Shown: in pieces, positions 12,697 through 25,975 of the stretch | How positions within the stretch are numbered: position 1 is the first letter of the stretch | How the letters are laid out: each line of letters begins with the position of its first letter | NCBI GenBank assembly: GCA_976551045.1 | Contig: CDPCPM010000019.1 | Coordinates: forward strand, 1,550,001 to 1,614,000 | DNA from: Glaucostegus cemiculus | Taxonomy: Eukaryota | Length of the DNA stretch: 64,000 bases | Direction of reading: 5' to 3' | Program-made: the position numbers and the translations under genes | Notes under the pieces: model-generated | What the model was told of the DNA's origin: nothing | Database searches by the model: none | What the model saw: only the letters and a program-made list of their open reading frames with translations

Positions 12697-13389
12697 ATAT
12701 ATAAAAATACCTAAACTCAGTCACCAATAGGCTATTAGAACTAACTTCTAGCTATTTTTCCAGTCTCTACATAAAAGAACATCAGGCACTGGAGCAAACT
12801 GACAAATTTGCATGCCCAATCCAATTTTATTCTGGTAAAGAACTGAGTACCACATTAATTGATAATGTAATCTCAGGGAAGAAAGATGTGAGTTACCTTA
12901 TTAGATTCTGCAGTCCGTGACCTTAACATCTTATCTGATGCAGGGGTAAACTTGTGACTGTGTGCCACATAATTACAAAGACCAAGGATAAAATTTAAAA
13001 TGTGCAGAATGGGAAGATTAAGTATTTCACAGAAAGGAGTTGAACTATGAAAAGGATAGGGCATTGACTGTCTTGTCTGCAAATGTTCCCAAGGAGAAAC
13101 AATTAGATGAGAAATCCAAGGAGGCAAAAATGCTGGAAGACAGTCATAAATAAAATGTCACGTATTTTCCAACATCCTTTAAGAATGGAACTGAACAAGC
13201 AAAACAGCACTGAGCCAAATAATGAACTGCAAGTGGAGTAGGTTGCTGTTGGGATGTTACTCAAATCCAGATGAAAAACACTGATGCTGGAGGAACTCAG
13301 CAGGCCAAGTTCTAGTTTTACCCAAATCCAGAACTCTCCCACTCTCCCTTAAGTATTAATACATTTACAAATCACATTTTCACATTTTA

Positions 13390-14120
13390 GTATTGGTTTA
13401 TTATTGTCACTTGTACTGAGGTACAGTGAAAAACTTGTCTCGCATACTATTTGTACAGATCAATTCATTACACACTGCACTGAGGTAGTACAGGGTAAAA
13501 ATAACAACAGAATACAGAGTAAAGTTACACAGCTATAGGGAAGTGCGTTGCATGTAGACAATAAGGTGCAAGGTCAAACAAGGTAGATTGCAAAGTCAAA
13601 AGTCCATATCATATAAGGGAACCATTCATTAGTCTAGCCTGTGGTATGTGCCCTCAGGCTCCTGTGTCTTCTGCCTGATGGGAGAGAAGAAAGAATGACC
13701 CAGGTGAGTGGGGTCTTTGATGATGCTGTCTGCTTCAAGGCAGCGAGAGGTATAGACAGAGGCTGGTTTCCGTGATGTGCTGGACTGTGTGCACAACTCT
13801 CTGCAGTTTCTCATAGTCACCATACCAAGCCGTGATGCATCCAGATAGGATGCTTTCTATGGTGCATCAATAAAAGTTGGTGAGTGTCAAAGGGGACATG
13901 CCAAATTCCTTTAGCCTCCTGAGGAAGTAGAGATGCTAGTGAGCTTTCTTGGCCGTAGAGTCTACATGGTTGGATCAGGACAGGCTATTGATGTTCATTC
14001 AGGAACCTGAAGCTCTCTACCCTCTCAACTTCAGCACCATTGATATAGACAGGTACACTGCCCCCTTTCCTGAAGTCAATGACCAGCTCTTTTGTTTTGT
14101 TGACATTGAGGGAAAGGTTG
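13390..14120 (-). mobile_element. Rex1/Babar LINE 3' fragment
   Basis: Reverse complement of the 11240-12026 copy, e.g. cctgaagtcaatgaccagctcttttgttttg; tail tattggtttattattgtcacttgtac. Confidence 0.9.
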
Positions 14121-14404
14121 TAAATATTTCAGTAAAGGCAATAAAGCAATAAACAAATTCAAATAAAAAGGCAAAAAAGCTTAAAAAGATGGAAGTATCA
14201 ATATTCCAAAATTCTTCATTAATGGGATGTGGGAAAGCTACAACTTATTTTCCCCTTATAACTGCCTTCTCAAGCATAGTTAAAAAGTCCCCATCTCGAA
14301 TCCTTGGAATTCATCTGGTTTAAAAACCTCCGACAATGCTTTTGGAAAGGTGTTTCCAGGATTTAGACTTTGCAAATGAAAGCAACTGTAATAGACTTCC
14401 AAGT

Positions 14405-14550
14405 TATGAAGTTGTGGGCATGCTATGTTGGCGACGGAAGCGTAGCGACAATTACAGGCTGTCCCCCCCCCCCCCCCCGAGTACTCTACGCAAAGATGCA
14501 TTTCACTGTGTATTTCAATGTATGTGACTAATAAAGTCGTCTAATCTAAT
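14405..14550 (+). mobile_element. 5'-truncated SINE 3' part; a second piece lies at about 14730-14840
   Basis: gaagttgtgggcatgctatgttggcg...caaagatgcatttcactgtg...tgtgactaataaag, matching the 3' half of the V-SINE at 59965-60225. Confidence 0.8.
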
Positions 14551-14859
14551 GCAACTTGAAGAAATTCAGTGTCTGCTGCCTTTCTAAATGAAAGATACAG
14601 TTTTGATAGATACTGTTAAGGAATTCTTGGCAACTTGCATTTTAGTGATGGTACATATAGCAACCATAGTGTTCCAGTGGTATACAAAATGAATGCTTAG
14701 GAGAGAAAATGTAATGCTAATCAGTAGGACAGCACCGGAGGCGTGGCGACACTTGCGGGCTGCCCCCTAAAAATCACTACACAAAAGATGTATTTCACTG
14801 TGTTTCAATGTACATGCGACTAATAAAGATCTTATCCTTATAAGGCAGAGCTTCAGTGT

Positions 14860-17370
14860 TTTGTTAATTTTCTGGGAACTGGTCTTCAAAGGCAAGACTA
14901 GAATCTGTTGCACATCCCCAAATGCCTAGGAAAAGATGGTGGTGAACCACCTTGGTGAACTATTGCAGTCCTTCTGGTGAATCCTACAGTGCTGTTGGAT
15001 AGGGAGTTTGAGGATTTAAACCCAGTAAATATGAAGGATCAAAGCCAGGATAGCATGCAGCTTGGCAGGGAATTTGCAGGTGGGGGTGTTCCCATGTACC
15101 TGCTGCCCTTGTCCTTCATGGTGGTAAAGGTTGCAGATTTGGGAATTGCTGCTAGAGTACGACAGGCAAGCAACTTCAGTGTTTTCCATGGTACACACTG
15201 CAGTCATTGTGTGCCGGTGGTAGAGGGGGTGAATATTTATGGTAATTGATGGATTACCAATCAAGCAGCAAGCGAAAATTAAAAGATGCTAGAAAACTGA
15301 AATCAGAATAAAATTGTTCTTCAACCCGAAATATTAATTCTCCCTCTTTCCACAGATGCTGTCTGATCTGCTGAATGTTTCCAGCATTTTCTCTTTTTAT
15401 TTCATGCAGAGTGCTTTGCCCTTCTTCAATAGAATCAGACTTGCATTCTTTTTGGCAAAGGAGAGTATTTCATCCTGTTCTTGTGCCTTACAGATGTTGA
15501 AAAGGCCATTGGGTGCTAGGAGGCAAGTCATTTGCTGCAGGATACCCAGTCTCTGACTGACACACATAGCTATACTATTTCTGTGGTTGGTCAGGTTGAA
15601 TTTCTGGTTAACAGTGACCAGATGTTGACAGTGGAGCCTCGGCAATAGTAATGCCATTACACGTCCATGGTGAGTAGTTGATGGAGATGGTCAATGAATA
15701 GCACTTTTGCAATGCAAAGTTCACTTACCACTTATCAGCCTATGCCCAAATGCCACCTATACTTTCTGCATGCAGACATGGTATGCTTCATTTGCTGAGG
15801 AGTTACAAATGGAATTGAACATAATGCAATCCCCAGCAAAAAAAAACACATTGCTGACTTCACACTGGAAGGACAGCCATAGATAAAACAGCTGAAGATA
15901 GAACACTGCCTTGAAGAACTCCTGCAGTGATGCCCCATGGCTGGGAAGATCGACAACAACCACCCAGCTTCCTTCGTGTGAGATACGGCTCCAAACCAGT
16001 AAGTTATTTTCCCCCTTGATCCCATTAACTCCAGTTTTATCAGGACACCTTGATGCTGTTCTCCGTCAAATGCTACCTTAATATTAAGAGCAATCATTCT
16101 CTTCTCACCTCCAGTTCAGCTCCTTGGTCCACATTTGGACCAAGGCTGCAAAAAGGTCTGGAGCAAAGTGGCCCTGGTGAAACCTAAACTAGGCATCAGC
16201 AGGTCCGTTATTGGTTAATAACGGACACTTAATAGCACTGTTAATGATGGCGTCAGCCTTGTCATTAGCACTCACTTGCTGGGCTCTTCTGTGAATGGGG
16301 CTATTCTTGGAGTCGTCTCCTCCCATTACCAGTTTAATTTTCCTTCACAAGATGAGGCAGAACTGAGTTTCAACCTAATCCATTTGTTACATAATCAGTG
16401 GGCTGTCTACCACACACTGTTCAACATGCAGGTCGCCCTGTATTACAGCTTCATCAGTTAACATCTTGATTTTTAGGTAAGCTGCTACCTACTGCTCCTG
16501 GCATGCCTTTCTGCACTTCTAATTGAACCAAGATCAATACCCTGGCTTGACACTAAAGGCAGAGTGAGGTATGCCAGGACATGAGCTTACAGATTGTGGT
16601 GGTCAACATTTCTGCTGCCGGTCATCCACAGGGTCTCATAGATGCCCACCTTTGAGGTGCCAGAATTCTTCTGAGTCTATCCCATTAAGCACAACTGTAG
16701 TACCACCAACAGGATGAAGAGTGTCTGCAGTTTGAAGACCAGACTTTGTCTGTACCGGTCAATGCTACCAAAGCCATTATGAGCACTTACATCTGTCCCA
16801 AGTACAGTGATGAGGACATGGCCAAGTAGGTTTATTCCACATGTTGATTCACTCATTACCTGATACAGATCTAATCTATCAGCTATGTCCTTCAGGACTT
16901 GGCCAGCACTGTCAGCACTTGTATGTTACCAAGCCGATCATAGTCAGAGGTGTACTGCACAGAAATGTGCCCTTCAGTCTGTCGCACCCATAACAACCTT
17001 CTTACCCACCTACACTAAACCCCATTTGTCTGCACTTGAACTGCATCCTTCAATGCCTTGCTTATTTAAATGTCTGTCTAAATTCCTCTTAAGTGTAATA
17101 ATTGTATCTGATTTCCCCACCTCTTTAGACAGGAGGTGTGATGACTATTACCTCATGGTCATGAACACTGAATTCCCTCACTGTACACTTGATACTTTGT
17201 GCTTCTTCCAAGTACTGTTCAAAATGGATGAGCATTAATTCATCACTTTTGAGAGGATAACAGGGGGCCCTCAAGAAGAGAAGGTTTGTTTGTCCATATT
17301 TGTCATGATGTCAGGAAGCTTCACGAAGCCTGAAGTCAATGTTGAGGTCTCCAAGTATTCCTCCCACCAT
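14860..17370 (-). mobile_element. Old non-LTR LINE, clade not assigned, with nested pLTR (about 15270-15400) and CR1 tail (about 16940-17130)
   Basis: ALNIKVAFD..HQG.LIKL and VTVNQKFNLTNH.N...SQRLGIL....LL.P.GL..ICKAQ RT-type fragments. Confidence 0.7.
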
Positions 17371-17999
17371 TTTAACATCAACTCCAGAAGCATTCACTCA
17401 CATTTCTAATCACACAGACTGGAGCCATTTGACCCAATGAGTCATTTTCCATCTGTCAGAGCAATCCCAACTCCACTCCAATTATTTCACTGTAACCTAT
17501 TCTCTCTCTCAAGTGCCCATCAATTCTGACAATAACTAAATATTACCTAGATGTTACAATATACACAGTCTCATTACCCAAGGAGTTGCAAAAGTATTAG
17601 CTTTGCATTAAATCAATGAACATCCCACTCCAGCCATAAGGGGAACAGAAAATCATACATGAAATAGCTTAAAAGTATCTAGTTTAAGATCCTGCCCCAA
17701 GGAACTTCTACAATGATGCACTGATCCTTGGATGATTGACCTTTGGACAAGCACAACTTCCTCGTTGTGTGCAGACTGACTGAGCCAGTGAAAAGTTATT
17801 CTCAAGTCTCATTGATCTAAATGCTTCCAGGGCTCATGATGTTACATTGTCAATGATGCCTTAAGGTCAATGCAGTCACTTTCACCTCACTTCTGGAATT
17901 CATCTCTTAAGTCCTCTCCTGATATCTATTTGTGCACATTGTTCAGCAGGAGAGAGTGGATGATACTTAGCAGAACAAATGTTCTTCCACACACCAGTT

Positions 18000-18645
18000 C
18001 ACCAGAATACACACTAGTTCTCATTGAGGGGTCAGCAGTGGAAAGGGTGAACGGCTTCAAATTCCTGGGCACTCAACATCTCAGAGGACCTATCCTGGGC
18101 CCAACAGATTGATGCAAATCACAGAAAAGGCATGCCAGCAGCTCTACTTCATTAGGAGTTTGAGGAGATTTCGTATGTCACCGAAGACTCTTATGAATTT
18201 CTACAGACATACAGTGGATAACATTTTGTCTGGTTGCAACACAGCCTGGCATGAAGGCTCCAATACACAGAATCACAAGAGGCTGCAGAGGGTTACAGAC
18301 TCAGCCAGCTCCATCATGGGCACAATCCTCCCCAACATCAAGGGCATGTCAGGAGGCAGTGTCTCAAAAAAGGGGAATCCATCAAGGACCTTCACCATCT
18401 GGAACATGTCCCCTTCTCATTACTACCATCAGGTACAGGAGCCTGAAGACCCAAACTCAACGATTCAAGAACAGCTTCTTCCCCTCTATCAGATTTCTGA
18501 ACAATGTATGAACCCACCTCACTATTCCTTTTGTTTTTGCACTATTTATTTTTGTAATTTATAGATTTTTATGTCTTTGCCCTGTATTCCTGCCACAAAA
18601 TAACAAATTTTACATCATACGTCAGTGATAATAAATCTGATTCCA
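18000..18645 (+). mobile_element. Rex1/Babar LINE 3' fragment
   Basis: IEGSAVERVNGFKFLG; KACQQLYFIRSLRRF.MSPKTL.NFYR; same subfamily as 1730-2490. Confidence 0.9.
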
Positions 18646-19772
18646 CGCACACCCCCAATCCCATTATAATATCATCACTGGGATACGTAGGCCAATTGTA
18701 ACACACTGTCCCTTGTTAAGTATGCATCTTTGCACAGTAGAACTGGCTAATTTCCTCAAATTCTATTAACTGCATGAAGATGAGACATCAATTGAGACAT
18801 CAATGAGACACCAAGGGCGTGCACAGCTTTAAATGATTTTGTTTCACTCCTTAAAATGACCTATCACTACATTCAACTCAATCCAACTGGTGGTGGGAAT
18901 GTCGAAAATAATTTGTGTATTAATTACACTTTAAGACAGACTTTTGCCAACAAGTAAATGATGGTGATCTCCAGAACCAAGCAAGATTAAGTAATTCCAA
19001 CAAGATCAAAATGCAAACGTGAGATAGAAAAACGTCAAATCAGGTTAGGGTTCTAAATTTTGATTGTACAGTACCAGTAATAAAGTGAAGCTTTTTTTTA
19101 AAAAAAAAGAGTGATGGAAGGCTGGTCTTTATCTAAGCTGCTGGTTTATTCTGAAAAGATAGGATAGCTGTATACTAACCATACAGGATAAATTTAATAT
19201 TTAATAGTTACTGCAATAAATCACATTTACTACAAAGACAGTTTTAAATAAGATTTTTGCAAAATGTACAAAAATCAACACAATGATGCAAAATGCCACA
19301 TTTCATTGCAATACAACTAATGCAGATTAATTTCTCAATTTATATTAATCATGTCAACCATCAATGCCAATGAAACAGAATTTATGGAGGAATCAATTTC
19401 ACAATATGATTGCAATAATTTATAACAATGAATGCGTCACTCATACATATTTTTTCCAAAGTCAGATACTGTGGATAATTTAGAATGGAGATAGAGGATA
19501 GAAATGAAAGAAGCCACATATTTATTGACTATAATAAATAATTAACTCTAACCAAAAAAAATCAATATATTTTGAGGCATCATCATCAATGCAGCAACTC
19601 TGGCCTTGTTTTCTACTACTTAAAGTTGTACTAAGATCTAATACTGAAGACATAGCAATAAAAAGGAACTATTAAAAATAGATAGGACATTTTAAAAAGG
19701 GATTTTCACTAAGGTTGATAATCAATACACACGCAGCCTTTCAAAAACAGGGTCTAGTATTTGATTCACTTA

Positions 19773-19964
<192 letters not shown>

Positions 19965-21349
19965 TTAAACTACTTAGACACAAGCAACACCAAGCAGAAA
20001 CCTAATTCGAAGAATGATGCACATCCATGACAGGTTTCAGATTTTCCCTCCCAGGCCCCAAATATCTGAAAAGGAAGCTGAATGAAAAGACCTTACAGTT
20101 GACACACATATCTAGACAAAAGAATTTCAGATCTTGCAAGGCATTCTCCATAACAACATTTAGCTGCAGTAGTGAGAGACCCATCAAATTGCATCTGCTG
20201 CACCACGAATGCCACTGAAAACTGCTGACATCAGCCGCTTAAGATACTGACTGGCTCTCTGCCCAAAATGATCCTGTGGGAATAGCATTATGAATTTCTA
20301 TGCAAGGTGGTTTTGAAGACAAAGGCTGATAACAAAACTTCATCTGTTATTGCGAACATATTTTCCTATTGTGATTAATGCAAATACTTTAGATTTTATA
20401 GTATGGATTTTCATTTATTTAACACCTGTACAACAAAATACTTGATGTAATTAAATAATATGACATGAGTGGATTCTGCACCCAAGACTGCACTACATTT
20501 TTGTAATTTAATTGAGATTTAAGTATCATAGTTATGAGTATTATCTATGTTAATTCATTGGCTGTTCAGCATTTGATCAGCCTATAAATTGCACCTTCCA
20601 TGGACTACTAACAAACTTGAAAATACAAGCTTATCTTTTTCTCCCCAACCAATGCTGACAGATTTGAGACATTTCCAGAATTTGTTTTCCATTCAAGCAT
20701 AATTTATTTCTTAATCCATTTAATTTTGCCATCAACATAAGCATATGCTAACATTATTAATAGTACTGTGACTTTACAGCATCAGATAAAGCCTCAGATA
20801 ATTCCATGCTTGTAATGAACCAAATTCAAACAACAAACTGATTTCAAGTTATTTATTAATTTCCAACAAACTTGCTTTATCCCACTATAATTAGCCATCA
20901 CCATTCTGAGCTATAACAACAATGAGGGAGATAGGCTAAGGTGACTGCTCCCATCATTCAATGACCCCTTAAATAAAAAGCATACTGCAAGGTTGGGATG
21001 CAAATCAACTGGGACCACATCATCCGATATTCATTCATACAAATCATAGCTAACTGAGAATTCTTATGACTTCCAGTCTTCATGGAATTATTGAGAAACA
21101 TTCTGGTGGTGCTGGGATGGGGAGAGTACATGTAATATTAGAAGCATCAATAGCAAAGATCAGTGAACAACAGTACAAAAGTTCATTCCCACAACCTTAT
21201 TAACTGAGCTTCTACACCGATTCATATCATTGTGAGGATACATAGAAAAGGTTAAAGAGAGTTTATTTTAAAAACAACATTCCAAGGAAGAATTCTTGAA
21301 TCTTAACCACTGGTTTCAGAACGCAAAGTCAACTAGGCATTTTACTGAA

Positions 21350-22760
21350 CACAAAATCAAAAAAACTGCAGGTGCTGGAAATACTCAGCTGGTCGGATCA
21401 CATCTGTGGGAAAAGAAACAGAGCAACCATTTCAAGTCAAAGACCCTTTGTCACATCTGGAAAGGTGAGAAAAGAAGCTCATTAAGCTGCAGGAAGGGTG
21501 GGGGATGGGAAGGTCTCCGATAAGACAAGGATGAACATGGGGATAAGCCTTAAACAAGTTTATCTGGTTAATGAGCGAATAGAAGCAGTTAGAGAGTGAG
21601 AATATAGGCAGAATACAGGAGTTGCAAAATGCAGAGCAGGAAGACATGCCTTGCACTGGGCCTCAATGTAAGAGTACAGAAGGCAACAGACCAATAGGTC
21701 AGAATGGGAATGGGGTGGAAAATTAAATTGGCAGGCAACGGGTATTTCAGAATTGCTCCTGAAGACTGAACACAAGTCCTCTGCAAAGCAGTAATGCAAA
21801 CTGTGTTTGATTTCTCCAGTGTAGAGGAGACTACGTTTTGGACATCAAATGCAGTATATGAGATTGGAAGAAGTGCAAGTGAATTGCTGTTTCACCTGGA
21901 AAGTCTGTTTTGGTCCCTGGATGGTGGGAAGGGAAGAGATGAAAGGACAAATTTTACATCGCCTACTGTTGCAAGGGAAAGCGCTGCAAGAATTGGTTGG
22001 TGGGAATGGAAGCGTGGACCAGGGAGTCACAGAGGGAATGGTTCCTGCAAAAGGCTGAAGGGGAGGGGAGAGGAAGATGTGTCTAGGTGGTGGAATCTCT
22101 TTGAAGGTGGCAGAAAGAGAACAGAATAATCTGTTGAAAGTGGAGGCTGGTGGAGTAGATGGTGACGACCTGGGGAATTCTAACATTGTTCTGCAACAAA
22201 GAGGGAATGAGAACAGAGGCACAAGAAATGTCATAAAGTTGAAATAGCTGTGGGAGTCGATAGGCTTGTAATCTACATTAAAGCTAGCCTCTCTTTAGAT
22301 GTAGACAGAGAGATCCATAAAAGTACTGACCACATGAAGGTGAGAATAGGGTGGAAATTGGCAACAAAAGCCATGAAATTGTCAAGTTTTGCACAAGTAC
22401 AGGAAACAGCACCAATGCAGTCATCGATGTACCAGAAAAAGGAGTCGGAGTGGGCCTACATAGGACTGAAAACATAAACTGTTCCACACATCCCATAAAA
22501 AGATAGCCATAGCTTAGGCCCATGTTAATGCCCGTAGCTACACCTTTGGTCTGCAGAAAGCAAGTGGAGTTGAAGGAGAAATTGTTCAATGCAAGAAGTT
22601 CAGACATGCGACTCAGTTGGTGGCAAGGAACTGGTTGGGCCTCTGCTCAAGGAAGAAGCAGAGGGCTCTCAGACCATCCTGATGTGGAATGGAGGTGTAA
22701 AGGGATTGAACATCCATGGTAAAGACGAGCCTGTCTGGACCAGGGAGGTGGAAACTTCAG
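21350..22760 (-). mobile_element. Penelope-like element: RT C-terminus, GIY-YIG endonuclease and 3' pseudo-LTR
   Basis: LALNNFSFNST.FLQTKGVA.G..MG; YIDD (gtcatcgatgta at about 22420-22431); CNSRRCKICP...GPKQTFQVKQQFTCTSSNLIYCI. Confidence 0.9.
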
Positions 22761-23349
22761 GACTGCGAACTGAACAGGACTACTTGTCAGAAGCTGACAG
22801 AACATTAAACAACTCCAAGACAAAAAAAAGCACAAGCAGCAAAATGAATGACATTTAAATACATTTTCTCCGAGTCTCAAAATGAATATTTAATCTTCTC
22901 TCTCATGTTTCGGTGCAAAGGAATTTTAAGAAATTTTAACAGGGCTTCCAGGCCTGGTTGCTCCCTGTAATCCAAGCTGAAAGCATGTGTGCTTCAACTA
23001 CAATGCCCTATTCTATACAACATCTAACATTACATGAGCAATCTCTAAGACAAATACCAAAGGCTGCCAGAGCTCATAGAAATATACCATGGAAGTATTC
23101 AGATATAATTACTTTGAATGAAAAGATTTTACATAAAACAAATATGTAGCTATTTTCCCCACAATGATCTCTTTTTAAATAAGACTAACAACTAGTTATT
23201 AAAATAAAACATGGCATTATACGTGGCAGAGTTGTTGGCCGTAGTGCTGGAGCCCTTGCTCCTCTTTGATTGCATCCAATTATATTTTTAGTCCACAGAA
23301 CAGGCAGACCAAAACTTGGCTAAACTTTTCATCCAAAAAATGGTGCAAT

Positions 23350-23470
23350 CAACAATGTACCACTCCCTTGGTATTGTACTTGGAAAGTTAACTTAGAATG
23401 TGTGTTCAAGGAGCTTGAATGTTTAACTATCTAACTTGAAGCAGAGAATGCTATCAACCAGCCAAGTTGG
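23350..23470 (-). mobile_element. Deu-SINE (SacSINE1/AmnSINE-like) 5' fragment
   Basis: Minus strand ttggctggttgatagcattctctgcttcaagttag...aagtacaataccaagggagtggtacattg resembles a tRNA head plus the start of the Deu domain. Confidence 0.5.
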
Positions 23471-23799
23471 CACAGAGAAGAGGAAGGGATTTTTTTTCCA
23501 ATTGAAAAGCTATTTATAGCATCTAAGGGTATTAATACTATATTAGGATGTTTTCAGCATTACCTGGAGCTTCAAGTGGTGCCCGGTCACTATGACTGAA
23601 AATAATAAGTATAACATGTTTTATCATCTATAATTATCCAATAATTTCTCTAGTCCATGAGCATGTACTTGCAGATGTTTTAGTTAACAGGATTTAAAAT
23701 TATAATTCAGCAAGGAATGCAATTTACACATGGTGTATTATCAACCATTCAATAATTCCTGATAATTTGTCTATACTTTCCAATGGTACACTAGAAAAA

Positions 23800-24170
23800 A
23801 GTCAAATGGTGGTAATACAAAAATAATTTGCTGGGCTAGTAATCAAGATGCCTTGATTAACAACCAGAGACTAATTATTTCCTACCATGGCAGCTACAGA
23901 AGTTAAAGTTAGTTTATATTCTAAAATGAAAAATATAGTCTTAAGTAATGAGTGATTGCGGTTTGTTACAAAATCCTATCTGATATACTGATGGAGAGAA
24001 ATCTGCCATCTTTATGATTTGTACAACTCCAGACCATCAATGTGGTCAAATCTTAATTTCCCATTTAAAATGGCCTAGTAAGCCATTCAGCTGTTAGGTA
24101 AAGGGCTGTTATGGAAAGAGCAACAAATGCTAACCTTGCCAGCAACACCCAGTTCCTGAATAAATAATTC
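23800..24170 (+). mobile_element. Old tRNA-derived SINE
   Basis: ...gaaatctgccatc...actccagacc..aatgtgg...aaatggcctagtaagccattcag...caacaaatgctaaccttgccagc..aataaataa, recognised as a shark-type SINE body and tail. Confidence 0.55.
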
Positions 24171-24369
24171 AAAAAATTAGCTTGAATTTGTACAGCACTT
24201 TTTCACATCCTCAGATGTATGTAAACCACAGCCAGTGGATTACTTCTGGTTCTAATACTATTGTTAAACAGTTCAATATACCAGCACAGCCTCAAAGGTT
24301 ACAATGCTTAGTGCTAAGAAATAGTATGCTTGAAGGTATTGACTGAGAATTAAATGTTAAAATATAATA

Positions 24370-25160
24370 CAAGATCACAATGGGAACCTAGAAAATTTCC
24401 CTTACCTCTACAACCAGCTCTTGGCAAAGGCAGATATTGATGAAATTTACCAATGCACCAGCATGGCCTTTGGTCAACTGAGGATAAAGGATCTTGAAGA
24501 TCAAAACCTCAGACCTGATCTGAGACTTGTGATCTACTGGGCAGCAATAATCTCTGCCCTCCTAAATTCTTCAGGACATAGACTATCTGTAGCGCACATT
24601 CTAAAGCACTGAAAAAATAGAAACAATCCTATTCCCACAAATCCTCCAAATTCACTGGAAAAAATATCATCAGCATATTCACCCCTGCCATCATCCTTGG
24701 TATTAAGGACCAAGTTGCTTTTATTTAGTTATGTCAAGTTAGCCAACATCATTTTCATGTTTGACTCCTAAAACAGACACTCAAAACACTCAGACAACCG
24801 GGCTCAGTCATTGAAGATTATCAGTAGGACAGAGAGCAAGATTTAAGGATGTACTCAAAGATTCTTTGAAAAAGTGCACTAGTCCTACTGACTTCTTAGG
24901 AACCTCTGGCCCATGACCACTCAAACTAGAGAGAGTGCATTTGGGATGATATTGAGAATATCAAGGCCATGCACACAGAAACCCTGCACAAAGTGATAGA
25001 AGGAGTGCACCCACCTCACAAACCCATCCATTCACCACACCAGTATAGGAATCTAGCATCCTAACCTCCAACAATTTCTGGGCAATGTCAAAGTCTCTGT
25101 GGACCCAAAAGTCTTTATGCTCTCAGCACTGCCATTCCTCCAACAGCTAGCAGTCTGGAC
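24370..25160 (+). mobile_element. RTE-clade LINE C-terminal fragment
   Basis: KADIDEI.QCTSMAFGQLR.K..EDQNLRP....IY.AAII.ALL and GQRARFKDVLKDSLKKC. Confidence 0.75.
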
Positions 25161-25179
25161 TCCTGCTGAGCAAGCTAAG

Positions 25180-25825
25180 GCAGCACAGTTTGAAACAAGG
25201 CTTTTCTCATCCATGCCAACCAAGGCGTCTTCCTGAGCTAATCTCATTTGCTTGCATTTAGCCCATATCCCTCTAAACCTTTCCTATCCTTTTACCTATC
25301 CAAATGTCTTAAACATTGTAATTTTACCTGCTGCTACCACTTCCTCTGGCAGCTCGTTCCATATACCTACCACTCTGTGTGGAAAAACTCAAGCTCTTCA
25401 GTCCCAGCAACATCCTTGTGAATCTTTTCTGCACTCTCTCTAGCTTAATCAGATCCTTCCTGTAGTATAGCAACCAGAATAGCACAAAGTATTCCAAATA
25501 CAGTCTCACCGATGTCTTGTGCAGCTGTAACATGATGTCCCAAATCTTATACTCAGTTCCCGGTCCAATGAAGCCAATCGTGCCACATAGCCTTCTTCAT
25601 CACCTTGTCTACTTGTGTTGCCACTTTCAGGGAACTATGTACTTGCACCCCTAGGTCTACAATATTCATCAGGGTCCTGTCATTCACTGTGTATTTCTTG
25701 CCCTGGATTAACTCCCCAAAATGCATTACTTCACAGTTGTCCAAGTTAAATTCCACCTGCCATTCTTTTTACCTCAGACAACCTTTTTCACTATCCATCA
25801 CACCACCAATTTTGGCAACATCCGA
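25180..25825 (-). mobile_element. CR1 3' fragment; a short plus-strand CR1 3' piece follows at about 25830-25975
   Basis: MEFNLDNCEVMHFG; MLQLHKTSVRLYLEY...LERVQKRFTRML. Confidence 0.85.
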
Positions 25826-25975
25826 AAGGAAAGACGACAGGAAGCCTTTCCCGAAATGAGAGGGAGATAAAACTGGAGGACATAGGTTTAGGGCAAGGGG
25901 GAAGAGATTTAGAGGGTATCTGAGGAGGACCTTCTTCACTCAAAGAGCAAGTACCTGGAATGCACTTCCTGAGAA

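Noticed and set aside
18781-18814. Three tandem copies of tgagacatcaa
   Set aside because: Ordinary slippage minisatellite with no further structure.
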